Positions 46,490 to 57,416 of a stretch of DNA of 64,000 bases are shown piece after piece (position 1 is the stretch's first letter; each line of letters opens with the position of its first letter). A model generated the notes under the pieces. The model ran no database searches. It was not told the DNA's origin and worked only from the letters and a program-made list of their open reading frames with translations. The DNA is from Ruminiclostridium sp. Its GTDB lineage: Bacteria > Bacillota > Clostridia > Oscillospirales > Ruminococcaceae. The stretch covers positions 153,900 through 217,899 of the forward strand of contig JAGALB010000043.1 of NCBI GenBank assembly GCA_017625405.1. Reading direction: 5' to 3'. A program made the translations under genes and the position numbers.

Positions 46490-46807
46490 TTGATGTTAGT
46501 TCATTCTAACAAGGTGGTGATAATTCTGAGTGTGGTTGTTATAGGTGGAAATGACAGAATGGCAGGGAGGTATAAGGAAATCTGCCGTTCTTACAATTGT
46601 AAAGCGAAGGTTTTTACACAAATGCCTGCCGATTTTGAGAATAAGCTTGGAAATCCTGATCTGATGGTTGTGTTCACAAACACATGTTCTCATAAAATGG
46701 CGCTCAGTGTAACAAAAAAATCAGAAAAGAACGATATTCCTGTTGCAAGGATTCATAATGCCAGTGCGAATGCATTAAAGACTGTTCTTGAACAATATTG
46801 TCCATAG
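46490..46807 (+). CDS. DUF2325-family protein (function unknown); start codon uncertain
   Basis: VVVIGGNDRM...VFTNTCSHKMALSV...ARIHNASANALKTVLEQ resembles DUF2325 from memory. SD AAGGTGG at 46511-46517 suggests a start downstream of the listed TTG/ATG. Confidence 0.65.
   Translation: MMLVHSNKVVIILSVVVIGGNDRMAGRYKEICRSYNCKAKVFTQMPADFENKLGNPDLMVVFTNTCSHKMALSVTKKSEKNDIPVARIHNASANALKTVLEQYCP
46494..46511. promoter_or_regulatory. Inverted repeat 2, TGTTAG-N6-CTAACA, abutting the SD AAGGTGG
   Basis: Same half-sites and spacing as repeat 1. Centres are about 52 bp apart. Confidence 0.45.
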
Positions 46808-46941
46808 ACACGGTAATAATTTCTGATTATAATTAATATTATTTACGGACAGGGAATTATTGAAAATCAGCTCAATATTTTTTACATTATTTAAAATTAT
46901 TTGTGCTGTTTGATAATTTTTTATTTGATTCATAAAATCTA

Positions 46942-46970
46942 TTGACAAAAGGAGGATGTTATGGTATACT
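46942..46970 (+). promoter_or_regulatory. Putative sigma-A promoter of feoAB
   Basis: TTGACA-17 nt-TATACT. The listed ORF start 46961 falls inside the -10 region. Confidence 0.6.
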
Positions 46971-47029
46971 GTAAAAAGTTTGTGACAGCTAACAATTTTC
47001 GATTATTCAGTAAAAGAGGCGATTTGTCA

Positions 47030-47242
47030 ATGAATTTAATGGAAGCGCAGGACGGCAAGGAATATATTATCAAGGAAATTTCAACAGATGATGAAGAACT
47101 TGATGCCTTTCTGTTTTCGTTAGGTTGCTATGCAGGTGAGCCTATTACTGTTATCTCCCACCTCAGGGGTGGTTGTGTCGTCTCTATCAAGGATGGCAGA
47201 TATAACATTGATAAGCAGTTGGCAGAAGCTGTTCGCATTTAA
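47030..47242 (+). CDS. feoA: FeoA-family protein
   Basis: 70 aa from ATG 47030 (SD AAGAGG). SH3-like FeoA pattern YIIKEISTDDEELDAFLFSLGCYAGEPITVIS. Confidence 0.85.
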   Translation: MNLMEAQDGKEYIIKEISTDDEELDAFLFSLGCYAGEPITVISHLRGGCVVSIKDGRYNIDKQLAEAVRI

Positions 47243-47344
47243 GCGGCTTCAGCTCTGCCATTAATTTTAACAGCACGTTAGTACGTTCTAACATCATTTC
47301 AATAAAAATTCTTAAATATATGACATTTTCAGGAGGAACAAAAG

Positions 47345-49354
47345 ATGAGAATTGCTTTTGCGGGTAACCCCAATAGCGGAAAAACAACAATGTATAATGC
47401 TCTTACAGGAAGAAATGAGCATGTTGGTAACTGGGCAGGCGTTACTGTGGATAAGAATGAAAGCTTTATCAAAAAGAGCTATCAGAATGGTTCGGAGGAG
47501 CTTATTGCAGTTGACCTTCCTGGTGCTTATTCAATGTCTCCCTATACATCCGAAGAAAGCATCACAAGCAGCTATGTAAAGAACGAAAATCCCGATGTTA
47601 TTGTAAATATCGTGGATGCAACCAACCTCAGCCGCAGCTTATTCTTTACAACTCAGATTCTTGAGCTTGGTATTCCTGTTGTTGTAGCTCTTAATAAGAG
47701 TGATGTAAATAAAAAGAGGGAAACTTCTATTGATACAGCTGCACTTTCTGCAAAGCTTGGCTGTCCCGTTGTTGAAACGATTTCTACTGTTGGCGGAAAT
47801 AACGGTCTTGAAGAGCTTATGAAGACAGTAATTGCACAGGGTGGAAAGACTCAGAGTGCTCCCTATAAGCAGGGTGATGTTGATTTATCCAGCAAGGAAG
47901 CAGTTGTTGAAGCGGATAAAAAGCGTTTTGAATTCGTAAATAAAGTTGTTTCTGACGTTGAGACACGTAAGATTCTTTCAAAGGATAAAAATAAGCAGGA
48001 TAAGTTTGATGAGGTTATTACAAACCCTGTTATTGGTCTTCTTATCTTTGCAGTTGTAATGTTCCTTGTTTTCCAGATTTCTCAGGCTTGGGTAGGACCT
48101 TTCCTTGCAGATACTCTTGTTGGCTGGCTTGAAATTTTCCAGGAATGGGTACGCGAGCAGGTATCAGGAGCTGATGCTATCTGGCAGTCTCTTCTTGTTG
48201 ATGGTGTTATCGGCGGTGTTATTGCCGTTATCGGCTTCCTGCCTCTTGTTATGGTTATGTACTTCCTTATCGCTCTCCTTGAGGACTGTGGTTATATGGC
48301 ACGTGCAACTGTTGTACTTGACCCTATCTTCAAGAAGGTGGGTCTTTCAGGTAAGTCCGTTATTCCTTTTGTAATCGGTACAGGTTGTGCAATCCCCGGT
48401 GTTATGGCTTGCCGTACAATCCGTAATGAAAGAGAACGCAAGGCAACAGCTATGCTTGCGCCCTTTATGCCCTGTGGTGCAAAGCTTCCCGTTATTGCTC
48501 TTTTCTCAGGTGCATTCTTTGCAGATGCTTCCTGGGTTGGTACATTAATGTACTTTGTAGGTATTCTGCTTATACTTGGTTGTTCACTTCTTGTAAACAA
48601 GCTCGCAGGTCACAAGAACAGAAGGTCCTTTTTTATTATCGAACTTCCTGAATACAAGTTTCCAAGCATAAAAAGAGGCTTGTTGTCAATGCTTGACCGC
48701 GGTTGGGCTTATATAGTCAAGGCTGGTACAATCATCCTTCTCTGTAATACAATTATTCAGATTATGCAGACATTCAACTGGAGCTTTGAAGCAGTTGCTG
48801 AAGGTGCAGAAGATACATCTATCCTTGCAACAATTGCAGGTCCTATCGCTTACATAATCGTTCCTGTTGTTGGTATCAAAGCATGGCAGTTAGGCGCTGC
48901 TGCTGTAACAGGCTTTATTGCCAAGGAAAACGTTGTAGGTACATTAGCTGTCTGCTACGGTATTTCCAACCTTATTGACACAGAAGAACTTGCACTTATG
49001 GAAGGTGCAGGTGAGGGCGTTGCTGCAGTATTCGGCATTACAAAGGTTGCGGCTCTTGCTTATCTTATGTTCAACCTCTTCACACCTCCTTGCTTTGCTG
49101 CAATCGGTGCTATGAACGCTGAAATCAAGAGCAAGAAATGGCTTTTCGGCGGTATTTGCCTCCAGCTTGGCGTAGGTTATACGCTTGGCTTCCTCGTATA
49201 TCAGTTCGGTACATTATTCACAACAGGCTCTTTTGGCGCAGGTTTTGTTCCCGGGTTAATTGCTGTTTTAGTAATGGCTGGTATTGTAGTTGCGCTTATT
49301 ATGAAAACAAACAGAAGCCTTAAGGCTGAATACGCATTAGGCGCAAAGGCTTAA
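47345..49354 (+). CDS. feoB: Ferrous iron transporter FeoB
   Basis: 669 aa. G-domain GNPNSGKTT, DLPGAYS, NKSD, followed by a polytopic membrane domain. Confidence 0.95.
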   Translation: MRIAFAGNPNSGKTTMYNALTGRNEHVGNWAGVTVDKNESFIKKSYQNGSEELIAVDLPGAYSMSPYTSEESITSSYVKNENPDVIVNIVDATNLSRSLFFTTQILELGIPVVVALNKSDVNKKRETSIDTAALSAKLGCPVVETISTVGGNNGLEELMKTVIAQGGKTQSAPYKQGDVDLSSKEAVVEADKKRFEFVNKVVSDVETRKILSKDKNKQDKFDEVITNPVIGLLIFAVVMFLVFQISQAWVGPFLADTLVGWLEIFQEWVREQVSGADAIWQSLLVDGVIGGVIAVIGFLPLVMVMYFLIALLEDCGYMARATVVLDPIFKKVGLSGKSVIPFVIGTGCAIPGVMACRTIRNERERKATAMLAPFMPCGAKLPVIALFSGAFFADASWVGTLMYFVGILLILGCSLLVNKLAGHKNRRSFFIIELPEYKFPSIKRGLLSMLDRGWAYIVKAGTIILLCNTIIQIMQTFNWSFEAVAEGAEDTSILATIAGPIAYIIVPVVGIKAWQLGAAAVTGFIAKENVVGTLAVCYGISNLIDTEELALMEGAGEGVAAVFGITKVAALAYLMFNLFTPPCFAAIGAMNAEIKSKKWLFGGICLQLGVGYTLGFLVYQFGTLFTTGSFGAGFVPGLIAVLVMAGIVVALIMKTNRSLKAEYALGAKA

Positions 49355-49378
49355 CCATTAATTTCAGGAGAAATACAT

Positions 49379-49576
49379 ATGGATAATTTCGTTGTTGTTG
49401 CAATTATAGTCGTTATTCTGGCTCTGGTGATTCTGTATATTGTCAAAGCAAAGAAAAGTGGTATAAAATGTATCGGCTGTCCCGATGCCAAGACCTGTCA
49501 GAGTAAGGCATCAGGCTGCAATGGCTGCTGCAGCAACTGCAGCGGGTGCAATGCAGGCAAAAGAGATGCGGAATAA
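49379..49576 (+). CDS. FeoB-associated Cys-rich small membrane protein
   Basis: 65 aa. One TM helix then Cys-rich tail CIGCPDAKTC...CNGCCSNCSGC. Position directly after feoB. Confidence 0.8.
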   Translation: MDNFVVVAIIVVILALVILYIVKAKKSGIKCIGCPDAKTCQSKASGCNGCCSNCSGCNAGKRDAE

Positions 49577-49596
49577 TCCAGAGGAAAAATGAATTG

Positions 49597-49630
49597 AAAA
49601 ACACGGTTGATTTTCAGCCGTGTTTTTGTT
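49597..49630 (+). terminator. Rho-independent terminator of the feo operon
   Basis: AAAAACACGGTTG/CAGCCGTGTTTTT stem with T-run. Confidence 0.85.
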
Positions 49631-49659
49631 ATGCAAGTGGGAAAAATACTATGAAAATA

Positions 49660-49688
49660 TTGCAAAACAAAAATAAATGTGATATAAT
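49660..49688 (+). promoter_or_regulatory. Putative sigma-A promoter of the DUF951-prfA unit
   Basis: TTGCAA-17 nt-TATAAT with TG extended -10. Confidence 0.55.
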
Positions 49689-49739
49689 AAAATAGAATAT
49701 ACTGGTGTATAATGCTCATTTGAAAGGAATTGCATTTTT

Positions 49740-49919
49740 ATGGATATAAATGTAGGAAATACATTGCAGATGAAAAAACCACATCCCTGCGGTTCCGACA
49801 AGATGAAGGTGCTGCGTATCGGAGCTGATTTCAAGCTCAGATGCGAGGGGTGCGGGCATGAGTTTATGACTCCCCGTTCAAAATGCGAAAAAAAGATAAA
49901 AAAGATAATAACAGAATAA
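49740..49919 (+). CDS. DUF951-family small protein (59 aa), absent from the supplied ORF track
   Basis: Hand translation MDINVGNTLQMKKPHPCGSDKMKVLRIGADFKLRCEGCGHEFMTPRSKCEKKIKKIITE*. CxxxxC...CxxC pattern typical of DUF951. SD AAAGGAA. Confidence 0.75.
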   Translation: MDINVGNTLQMKKPHPCGSDKMKVLRIGADFKLRCEGCGHEFMTPRSKCEKKIKKIITE

Positions 49920-49934
49920 AAAGGAATTGACAGT

Positions 49935-51008
49935 ATGCTTGACAAACTTAAAATAGCGGAAGAACGCTATGAGGAGATAAACAAAAAGCTGATGGAGCCT
50001 GATGTGGTAAGTGATCAGGATCAGTATAAAAAGCTTATGAAGGAGTATAAAACGCTTACTCCTCTTGTTGAAAAATATCGTGAATATAAAAAGGCTGTTT
50101 CTGATTATGATGAAGCACGTAATATGCTCAATGAAGGCGGTCTTGATAAGGATTTCAAGGAAATGGTTCAGCTTCAGTACGAAGAAAACAAGGAGCTTAT
50201 TGAGAAGTATACAGAAGAGTTAAAAATCATGCTTCTGCCGAAAGATCCTGACGATGACAGAAACGTTATCATCGAAATCCGCGGCGGTGCAGGCGGTGAT
50301 GAGGCGGCGTTGTTTGCAAACTCACTGTTCAGAATGTATACCATGTATGCACAGCTCAAGGGCTGGAAAATGGAAATAGTCAATGCTAATCCTACCGAGC
50401 TTGGCGGATATAAGGAAATCAGTTTTTCAATCGAGGGCGAAGGTGCTTATGCAAAGCTTAAGTATGAAAGCGGCGTTCACCGTGTTCAGCGTGTTCCCGA
50501 AACGGAAACACAGGGCAGAATTCACACCTCCACAATCACCGTTGCCGTTCTCCCTGAAGTTGAAGAGGTTGACGTAGAAATCAATCCTGCCGACCTTGAA
50601 TTCCAGACATATCGTTCCAGCGGTGCAGGCGGTCAGCATATCAATAAAACCGAATCTGCAATTCGTATTATTCATCATCCCACAGGTGTAATTGTAGAAT
50701 GTCAGGAAGAGCGCAGCCAGCATAAGAACAAGGATAAGGCCATGAAAATGCTTTACTCAAAGCTTTATGAGGCAAAGCTCAACGAGCAGACAAGCAAAAT
50801 TGCTGCCGAGAGAAAAATTCAGGTTGGCACCGGCGACCGTTCTGAACGTATCAGAACATACAATTATCCCCAGAGCCGTGTAACCGACCATAGAATAGGA
50901 CTTACGCTGTATAAGCTTGAGCAGATGCTCAATGGCGATTGTGATGAGGTGTTTGACGCACTTGCGATTGCCGACAGAGCTGCAAAGCTTGCTGGTTCGG
51001 AGGCATAA
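49935..51008 (+). CDS. prfA: Peptide chain release factor 1
   Basis: 357 aa. PET tripeptide region ([14 protein letters not shown]) and GGQ ([17 protein letters not shown]). Confidence 0.96.
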   Translation: MLDKLKIAEERYEEINKKLMEPDVVSDQDQYKKLMKEYKTLTPLVEKYREYKKAVSDYDEARNMLNEGGLDKDFKEMVQLQYEENKELIEKYTEELKIMLLPKDPDDDRNVIIEIRGGAGGDEAALFANSLFRMYTMYAQLKGWKMEIVNANPTELGGYKEISFSIEGEGAYAKLKYESGVHRVQRVPETETQGRIHTSTITVAVLPEVEEVDVEINPADLEFQTYRSSGAGGQHINKTESAIRIIHHPTGVIVECQEERSQHKNKDKAMKMLYSKLYEAKLNEQTSKIAAERKIQVGTGDRSERIRTYNYPQSRVTDHRIGLTLYKLEQMLNGDCDEVFDALAIADRAAKLAGSEA

Positions 51009-51010
51009 TA

Positions 51011-52018
51011 ATGGAAACATTACTTGTAAAGGCTTCTGACGAACAGCTTGTAAAGGCTGCGGAATATCTTGCAGATGGCGAAGTTGTTGCAGTACCTACG
51101 GAAACGGTATACGGGCTTGCTGCAAACGCTTTTGAAACTGATGCAGTCAGAAAAATCTTTGCTGCAAAGGGCAGACCCCAGGATAATCCGCTTATTCTTC
51201 ATATCGGAAATCTGGATATGCTTTATAGTATAACGGATGAGGTTTCAGAGCTTGCATTAAAACTGGCTGCTGATTTCTGGCCGGGTCCTCTTACCATGAT
51301 TTTTTCAAGAAAAGACAGTGTTCCGTCCGAAACCTGCGGCGGACTTGATACTGCGGCGGTAAGAATGCCCGATAATGATTTTACACGCAGACTTATTGAG
51401 AAATGTGGTTTTCCGCTTGCAGCACCTTCCGCAAACACTTCAGGACTTCCCAGTCCGACCTCGGCTGATCATGTTTTTTCTGATATGAACGGGAAAATCC
51501 CTATGATTGTTGACGGGGGCGAATGCTCCTGCGGTGTTGAAAGCACTGTAATATGCTTTGATAACGGAAAAATCAGAGTACTTCGACCCGGTGCCGTTAC
51601 TCCCGAAATGCTCTGTGAATATGCAGAGGTTATAGTTGATAACGGTGTTTTAAAACAGCTTTCTGCCGATGAAAAGGTGATGTCTCCCGGTATGAAGTAC
51701 AAGCATTATTCACCTGACGCTGACGTGTTCATTGTGAAAGGCACAAATGAACAATTCGCTTGTTATATAAATAGTCTTGATGAATCGGAAAAAAAGGCTG
51801 TTCTGTGGGATGGTACAGATTTTTCTGACTCTGTAACTGTTCTTCCATACGGAAAAACTTCAGCTGAACAGGCTGAAAATCTGTTTTCAAGTCTGAGAAA
51901 GGCTGATGAACTCGGCTGTGATAAGGTATATGTAAAAATGCCTGATACAAGCGGTATCGGACTTGCGGTATACAATCGACTGCTTCGTGCGGCCGGTTTC
52001 AGAATTATTGAATTATAA
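51011..52018 (+). CDS. tsaC: L-threonylcarbamoyladenylate synthase (Sua5/YwlC type, with C-terminal Sua5 domain)
   Basis: 335 aa. VAVPTETVYGLAANA, KGRPQDNPLILH, SANTSG. Confidence 0.9.
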   Translation: METLLVKASDEQLVKAAEYLADGEVVAVPTETVYGLAANAFETDAVRKIFAAKGRPQDNPLILHIGNLDMLYSITDEVSELALKLAADFWPGPLTMIFSRKDSVPSETCGGLDTAAVRMPDNDFTRRLIEKCGFPLAAPSANTSGLPSPTSADHVFSDMNGKIPMIVDGGECSCGVESTVICFDNGKIRVLRPGAVTPEMLCEYAEVIVDNGVLKQLSADEKVMSPGMKYKHYSPDADVFIVKGTNEQFACYINSLDESEKKAVLWDGTDFSDSVTVLPYGKTSAEQAENLFSSLRKADELGCDKVYVKMPDTSGIGLAVYNRLLRAAGFRIIEL

Positions 52019-52033
52019 GAAAGGGGCTTCGGA

Positions 52034-52660
52034 GTGTTTACTGAAAACGATGTGTGTATTATCGGTCTTACAGGAATGTCCGGAGCCGGTAAAACCACCG
52101 CTTGTGAAGCCTTTTCAGATTGCGGTGTGGATATAATAAACTGCGATACAGTTGCACGAACAGTTGTTGAAAAAGGAAAACCTGCACTTAAGGAAATTGC
52201 GGATTATTTCGGAAGCGATGTTATTATGCCTGATGGCACTCTTGACAGGCGCATGGTAGGAAGTATTATTTTTTCTGATACAAATGCAAGAATAGCATAT
52301 AATGATATAATTTATCCCTTTATTTCGTATGAAATGATAATGAATGCCGTAGAATATATAAAAATGGGTTCAGAATATATTCTTCTTGATGCACCGACTC
52401 TTTTTGAAAGCGGTACCGACAGCTTCTGCGATGTAATTGTAAGTGTTGTCGCAGAAAAAGAAGACAGTTTAAAAAGAATAATGCAAAGGGATAATCTCAG
52501 CAGAGAAGAAGCGGAAAATCGTTTGTCATCACAGCATGATGCTGATTTTTACAGAAACAAATCACATTTTTGCATTATAAATAATGGAACAAAGGAAGAG
52601 TTGAAGCAGAGAATTAAAGATATTTTCTGTGCTATCGGAGATAAAAATGAGAAAAAGTAA
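52034..52660 (+). CDS. coaE: Dephospho-CoA kinase
   Basis: GTG start. GLTGMSGAGKTT P-loop. LLDAPTLFESG. Confidence 0.88.
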   Translation: MFTENDVCIIGLTGMSGAGKTTACEAFSDCGVDIINCDTVARTVVEKGKPALKEIADYFGSDVIMPDGTLDRRMVGSIIFSDTNARIAYNDIIYPFISYEMIMNAVEYIKMGSEYILLDAPTLFESGTDSFCDVIVSVVAEKEDSLKRIMQRDNLSREEAENRLSSQHDADFYRNKSHFCIINNGTKEELKQRIKDIFCAIGDKNEKK

Positions 52661-53246
52661 GTCAGGAAGCAGATTTTTTGTTGTAGGTGTTATATTTATC
52701 ATTCTTGTAGTTGTTGCTGTAATTATAGGTTACAGAACGGCGAAGCAATGTGAATACGAGTATCGTCTTGCGGCTCATCCGAAAAATTATTCCGAATTTG
52801 TTTCAAAATATGCGTTGGAATATGAAATGGATGAGGATCTCATATATGCAGTAATAAAGACGGAAAGCGATTTTGATTGCGAAGCGGTTTCAGATGTCGG
52901 AGCAAGAGGTCTTATGCAGATTATGGAGGAGACATTTGACTGGATAAAATACCGCCTCGGGGATGACGAATCGGTATATGATGATATGTTCGACCCTGAG
53001 ATGAATATTCGTTACGGTGCGTATCTTATGGATTATCTCCTTGAAAAATTCGGTGACAAAGATACTGCTGTTGCGGCTTATCATTCGGGCGCAGGCTGTG
53101 TCAGCTCATGGCTTGAAGAAAAGGAGAATTCTGCTGACGGTAAACGTCTTGATAATATACCGAGCAGCACGGCACAGCATTATGTAAACAAAATAAACAA
53201 TGCTCTGAGTAATTATAAAGAGCTTTATAATAACGAAAGGAACTGA
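52647..53246 (+). CDS. Membrane-anchored lytic transglycosylase (SLT domain)
   Basis: VIKTESDFDCEAVSDVGARGLMQI catalytic Glu block, AAYHSG. ATG 52647 follows GGAG and overlaps the coaE end. Confidence 0.85.
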   Translation: MRKSKSGSRFFVVGVIFIILVVVAVIIGYRTAKQCEYEYRLAAHPKNYSEFVSKYALEYEMDEDLIYAVIKTESDFDCEAVSDVGARGLMQIMEETFDWIKYRLGDDESVYDDMFDPEMNIRYGAYLMDYLLEKFGDKDTAVAAYHSGAGCVSSWLEEKENSADGKRLDNIPSSTAQHYVNKINNALSNYKELYNNERN

Positions 53247-53251
53247 TAAAA

Positions 53252-54652
53252 ATGGAACAGAAAATCAAAGCAAAAGAATTAAAGGAAAAGTTATTTCTCA
53301 AGCGTAAGAATACTTATGCTGAAATGACAGATGAGGAAATACAGAAAGCTGATGAATTCTGCGAAGGCTATAAGGCGTTTCTTGATGCCGGTAAGACAGA
53401 GCGTGAAGCATGCACCGAGGCTGTAAGAATCGCTGAAAGTAATGGATTCAAGCCATTTGTAAGCGGAACACGTTATAATGCAGGTGATCGTGTTTATCTC
53501 AATAACAGAGGAAAGTCTGTTATTCTTGCTGTTATCGGCAGTCAGCCTATTGAGAACGGCGTAAATATCGTTGCCGCACATATTGACTCACCCCGTATTG
53601 ACCTTAAGCAGAATCCTCTTTATGAAAGCGAGGAGCTGGCTTATTTCAAGACTCACTATTACGGCGGCATCAAGAAGTACCAGTGGCCCGCACTTCCTCT
53701 CGCTCTGCACGGTGTAATCTATAAGGCGGACGGTGAGGCTGTTACAGTTAAAATCGGCGAAGACGACAATGACCCCGTATTTGTTGTAACAGACCTTCTT
53801 CCTCATCTTGCAGACGAGCAGTACAAGCGTCCTGCCGGTAAGCTTATCAAGGGTGAAGAGCTTAACATTCTCATCGGCTCAAGACCCTTTAAGGATGATG
53901 AAAGCAGCGAAAATGTAAAGCTTAACATTCTTTGCATCCTCAATGAAAAATACGGTATCACAGAAGAGGATTTCATTTCCGCAGAGCTTGAATGTGTTCC
54001 CGCTTTCAAGGCTAAGGACATTGGTTTTGACAGAAGCATGATCGGCGCATACGGTCAGGATGACAGAGTCTGCGCTTATCCTGCACTTATGGCAGCGGTT
54101 GATACAGTAGGAGTACCTGAAAAGACATCTGTGACAATCCTTACAGATAAGGAAGAAATCGGAAGCGAAGGCAACACTGGTTTACGTTCTGCTTATCTCA
54201 AGTACTTTATTTATGATCTTGCAGAGGCATGGGGCGTTCACGGTCATACTGTTCTTTCCAATTCAAAGTGCCTTTCTGCCGATGTCAATGCAGGTTTTGA
54301 CCCCACTTTCCCTGAACCCTTTGAAAAAATGAATGCGGCATTCCTGAACAAGGGTGTTGTTGCAACCAAATATACAGGTTCACGTGGTAAATCAGGTACA
54401 AGCGACGCTTCTGCGGAATATGTTTCGGAAATAAGAAATCTTTTCAATGAAAACGGTGTAATCTGGCAGACAGGCGAGCTTGGAAAGGTTGATTTCGGCG
54501 GCGGCGGAACAGTTGCAATGTATATTGCAAATCTTGATATTGATACAATTGATATCGGCGTTCCCGTTCTTTCCATGCATGCACCTTATGAAATCACTGC
54601 AAAGAATGATGTTTATATGGCATACAAGGCATTCAGCGTGTTTATCAAGTAA
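53252..54652 (+). CDS. M18-family (aspartyl/glutamyl-type) aminopeptidase
   Basis: 466 aa. AAHIDSPR, GQDDRVC, DKEEIGSEG, SMHAPYE metal-ligand blocks. Confidence 0.85.
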   Translation: MEQKIKAKELKEKLFLKRKNTYAEMTDEEIQKADEFCEGYKAFLDAGKTEREACTEAVRIAESNGFKPFVSGTRYNAGDRVYLNNRGKSVILAVIGSQPIENGVNIVAAHIDSPRIDLKQNPLYESEELAYFKTHYYGGIKKYQWPALPLALHGVIYKADGEAVTVKIGEDDNDPVFVVTDLLPHLADEQYKRPAGKLIKGEELNILIGSRPFKDDESSENVKLNILCILNEKYGITEEDFISAELECVPAFKAKDIGFDRSMIGAYGQDDRVCAYPALMAAVDTVGVPEKTSVTILTDKEEIGSEGNTGLRSAYLKYFIYDLAEAWGVHGHTVLSNSKCLSADVNAGFDPTFPEPFEKMNAAFLNKGVVATKYTGSRGKSGTSDASAEYVSEIRNLFNENGVIWQTGELGKVDFGGGGTVAMYIANLDIDTIDIGVPVLSMHAPYEITAKNDVYMAYKAFSVFIK

Positions 54653-54709
54653 TTCTGTTATCATAATCCCTGTGTCCGACATATAATGTAGGACACGGGG
54701 TGATGTGAT

Positions 54710-55393
54710 ATGAAGAGGGAAAATAATAAAAACAGACTGCGCAGTATATCTGGAAAAGTTTTGATTATTACAGGCGCAGTTATTATGATACTTACGGTAG
54801 TTTTTGACATCTGGTTTCGTCCTGTCATAGAAAGAATGTTTGAGTACCGCTGTAAATTGCTTGCGGACAGGGCGGTAAGCCGGGCTGTTACTGAACATCT
54901 TGAAACTACAGATGAAGATTATTCCGATATCGTCAGTTTTGTATATGATGAAAACGGAAAAATAGGTGCATTGCGCACAAACCCGCCTAAAATCAATTCA
55001 ATGAAAGCGGCGGTAATGGAGCGTGTTAATTCTGAGCTTTCTGCCTTGAAATATGAAAAGGTAGGAATCACCATAGGTACATTATCCGGTATCAGTTATC
55101 TTTACGGTGCCGGTGATGAAATAATGTTTAGTGTCAAACCGTCGGGTGTAGCACGTTCACAGCTTTACAGCAGATTTGAAAGTTGTGGAATCAATCAGGC
55201 AATGCACAGTATAATTCTTGAGATTGATACGGAGGTTTCACCGCTGATTCCGGGTGTAACCGAAACGTTTGATATAACAACGGAATTTATTATTGCGCAG
55301 ACAGTTATAATCGGAGAAGTACCTGAAAGCTTCTCGAATATAGTACTTGACGAAGAACATTACAGCGAACTTGCTGATTTTGATATAAGCTGA
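54710..55393 (+). CDS. yunB: Sporulation protein YunB
   Basis: 227 aa. N-terminal TM. Resemblance to YunB (NSMKAAV...IGTLSGISYLYGAGDEI...QTVIIGEVPE). Confidence 0.75.
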   Translation: MKRENNKNRLRSISGKVLIITGAVIMILTVVFDIWFRPVIERMFEYRCKLLADRAVSRAVTEHLETTDEDYSDIVSFVYDENGKIGALRTNPPKINSMKAAVMERVNSELSALKYEKVGITIGTLSGISYLYGAGDEIMFSVKPSGVARSQLYSRFESCGINQAMHSIILEIDTEVSPLIPGVTETFDITTEFIIAQTVIIGEVPESFSNIVLDEEHYSELADFDIS

Positions 55394-57388
<1,995 letters not shown>

Positions 57389-57416
57389 ACACAACTGTTC
57401 ATAATTATAAGGTGCT

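Noticed and set aside
46911-46930. Fur box upstream of feoA (TGATAATTTTTTATTTGATT)
   Set aside because: Only the first heptamer TGATAAT matches, and the partner ATTATCA half-site is absent. Mentioned under the feo finding but not called as a feature.
46961-47029. 23-aa N-terminal extension of feoA
   Set aside because: The ATG at 46961 lies within the -10 region of the feo promoter. ATG 47030 has an SD and gives a typical FeoA of about 70 aa.
49649-49945. Listed minus-strand 98-aa ORF
   Set aside because: It is antisense to the DUF951 gene and its promoter, has an AT-rich low-complexity translation and has no SD.
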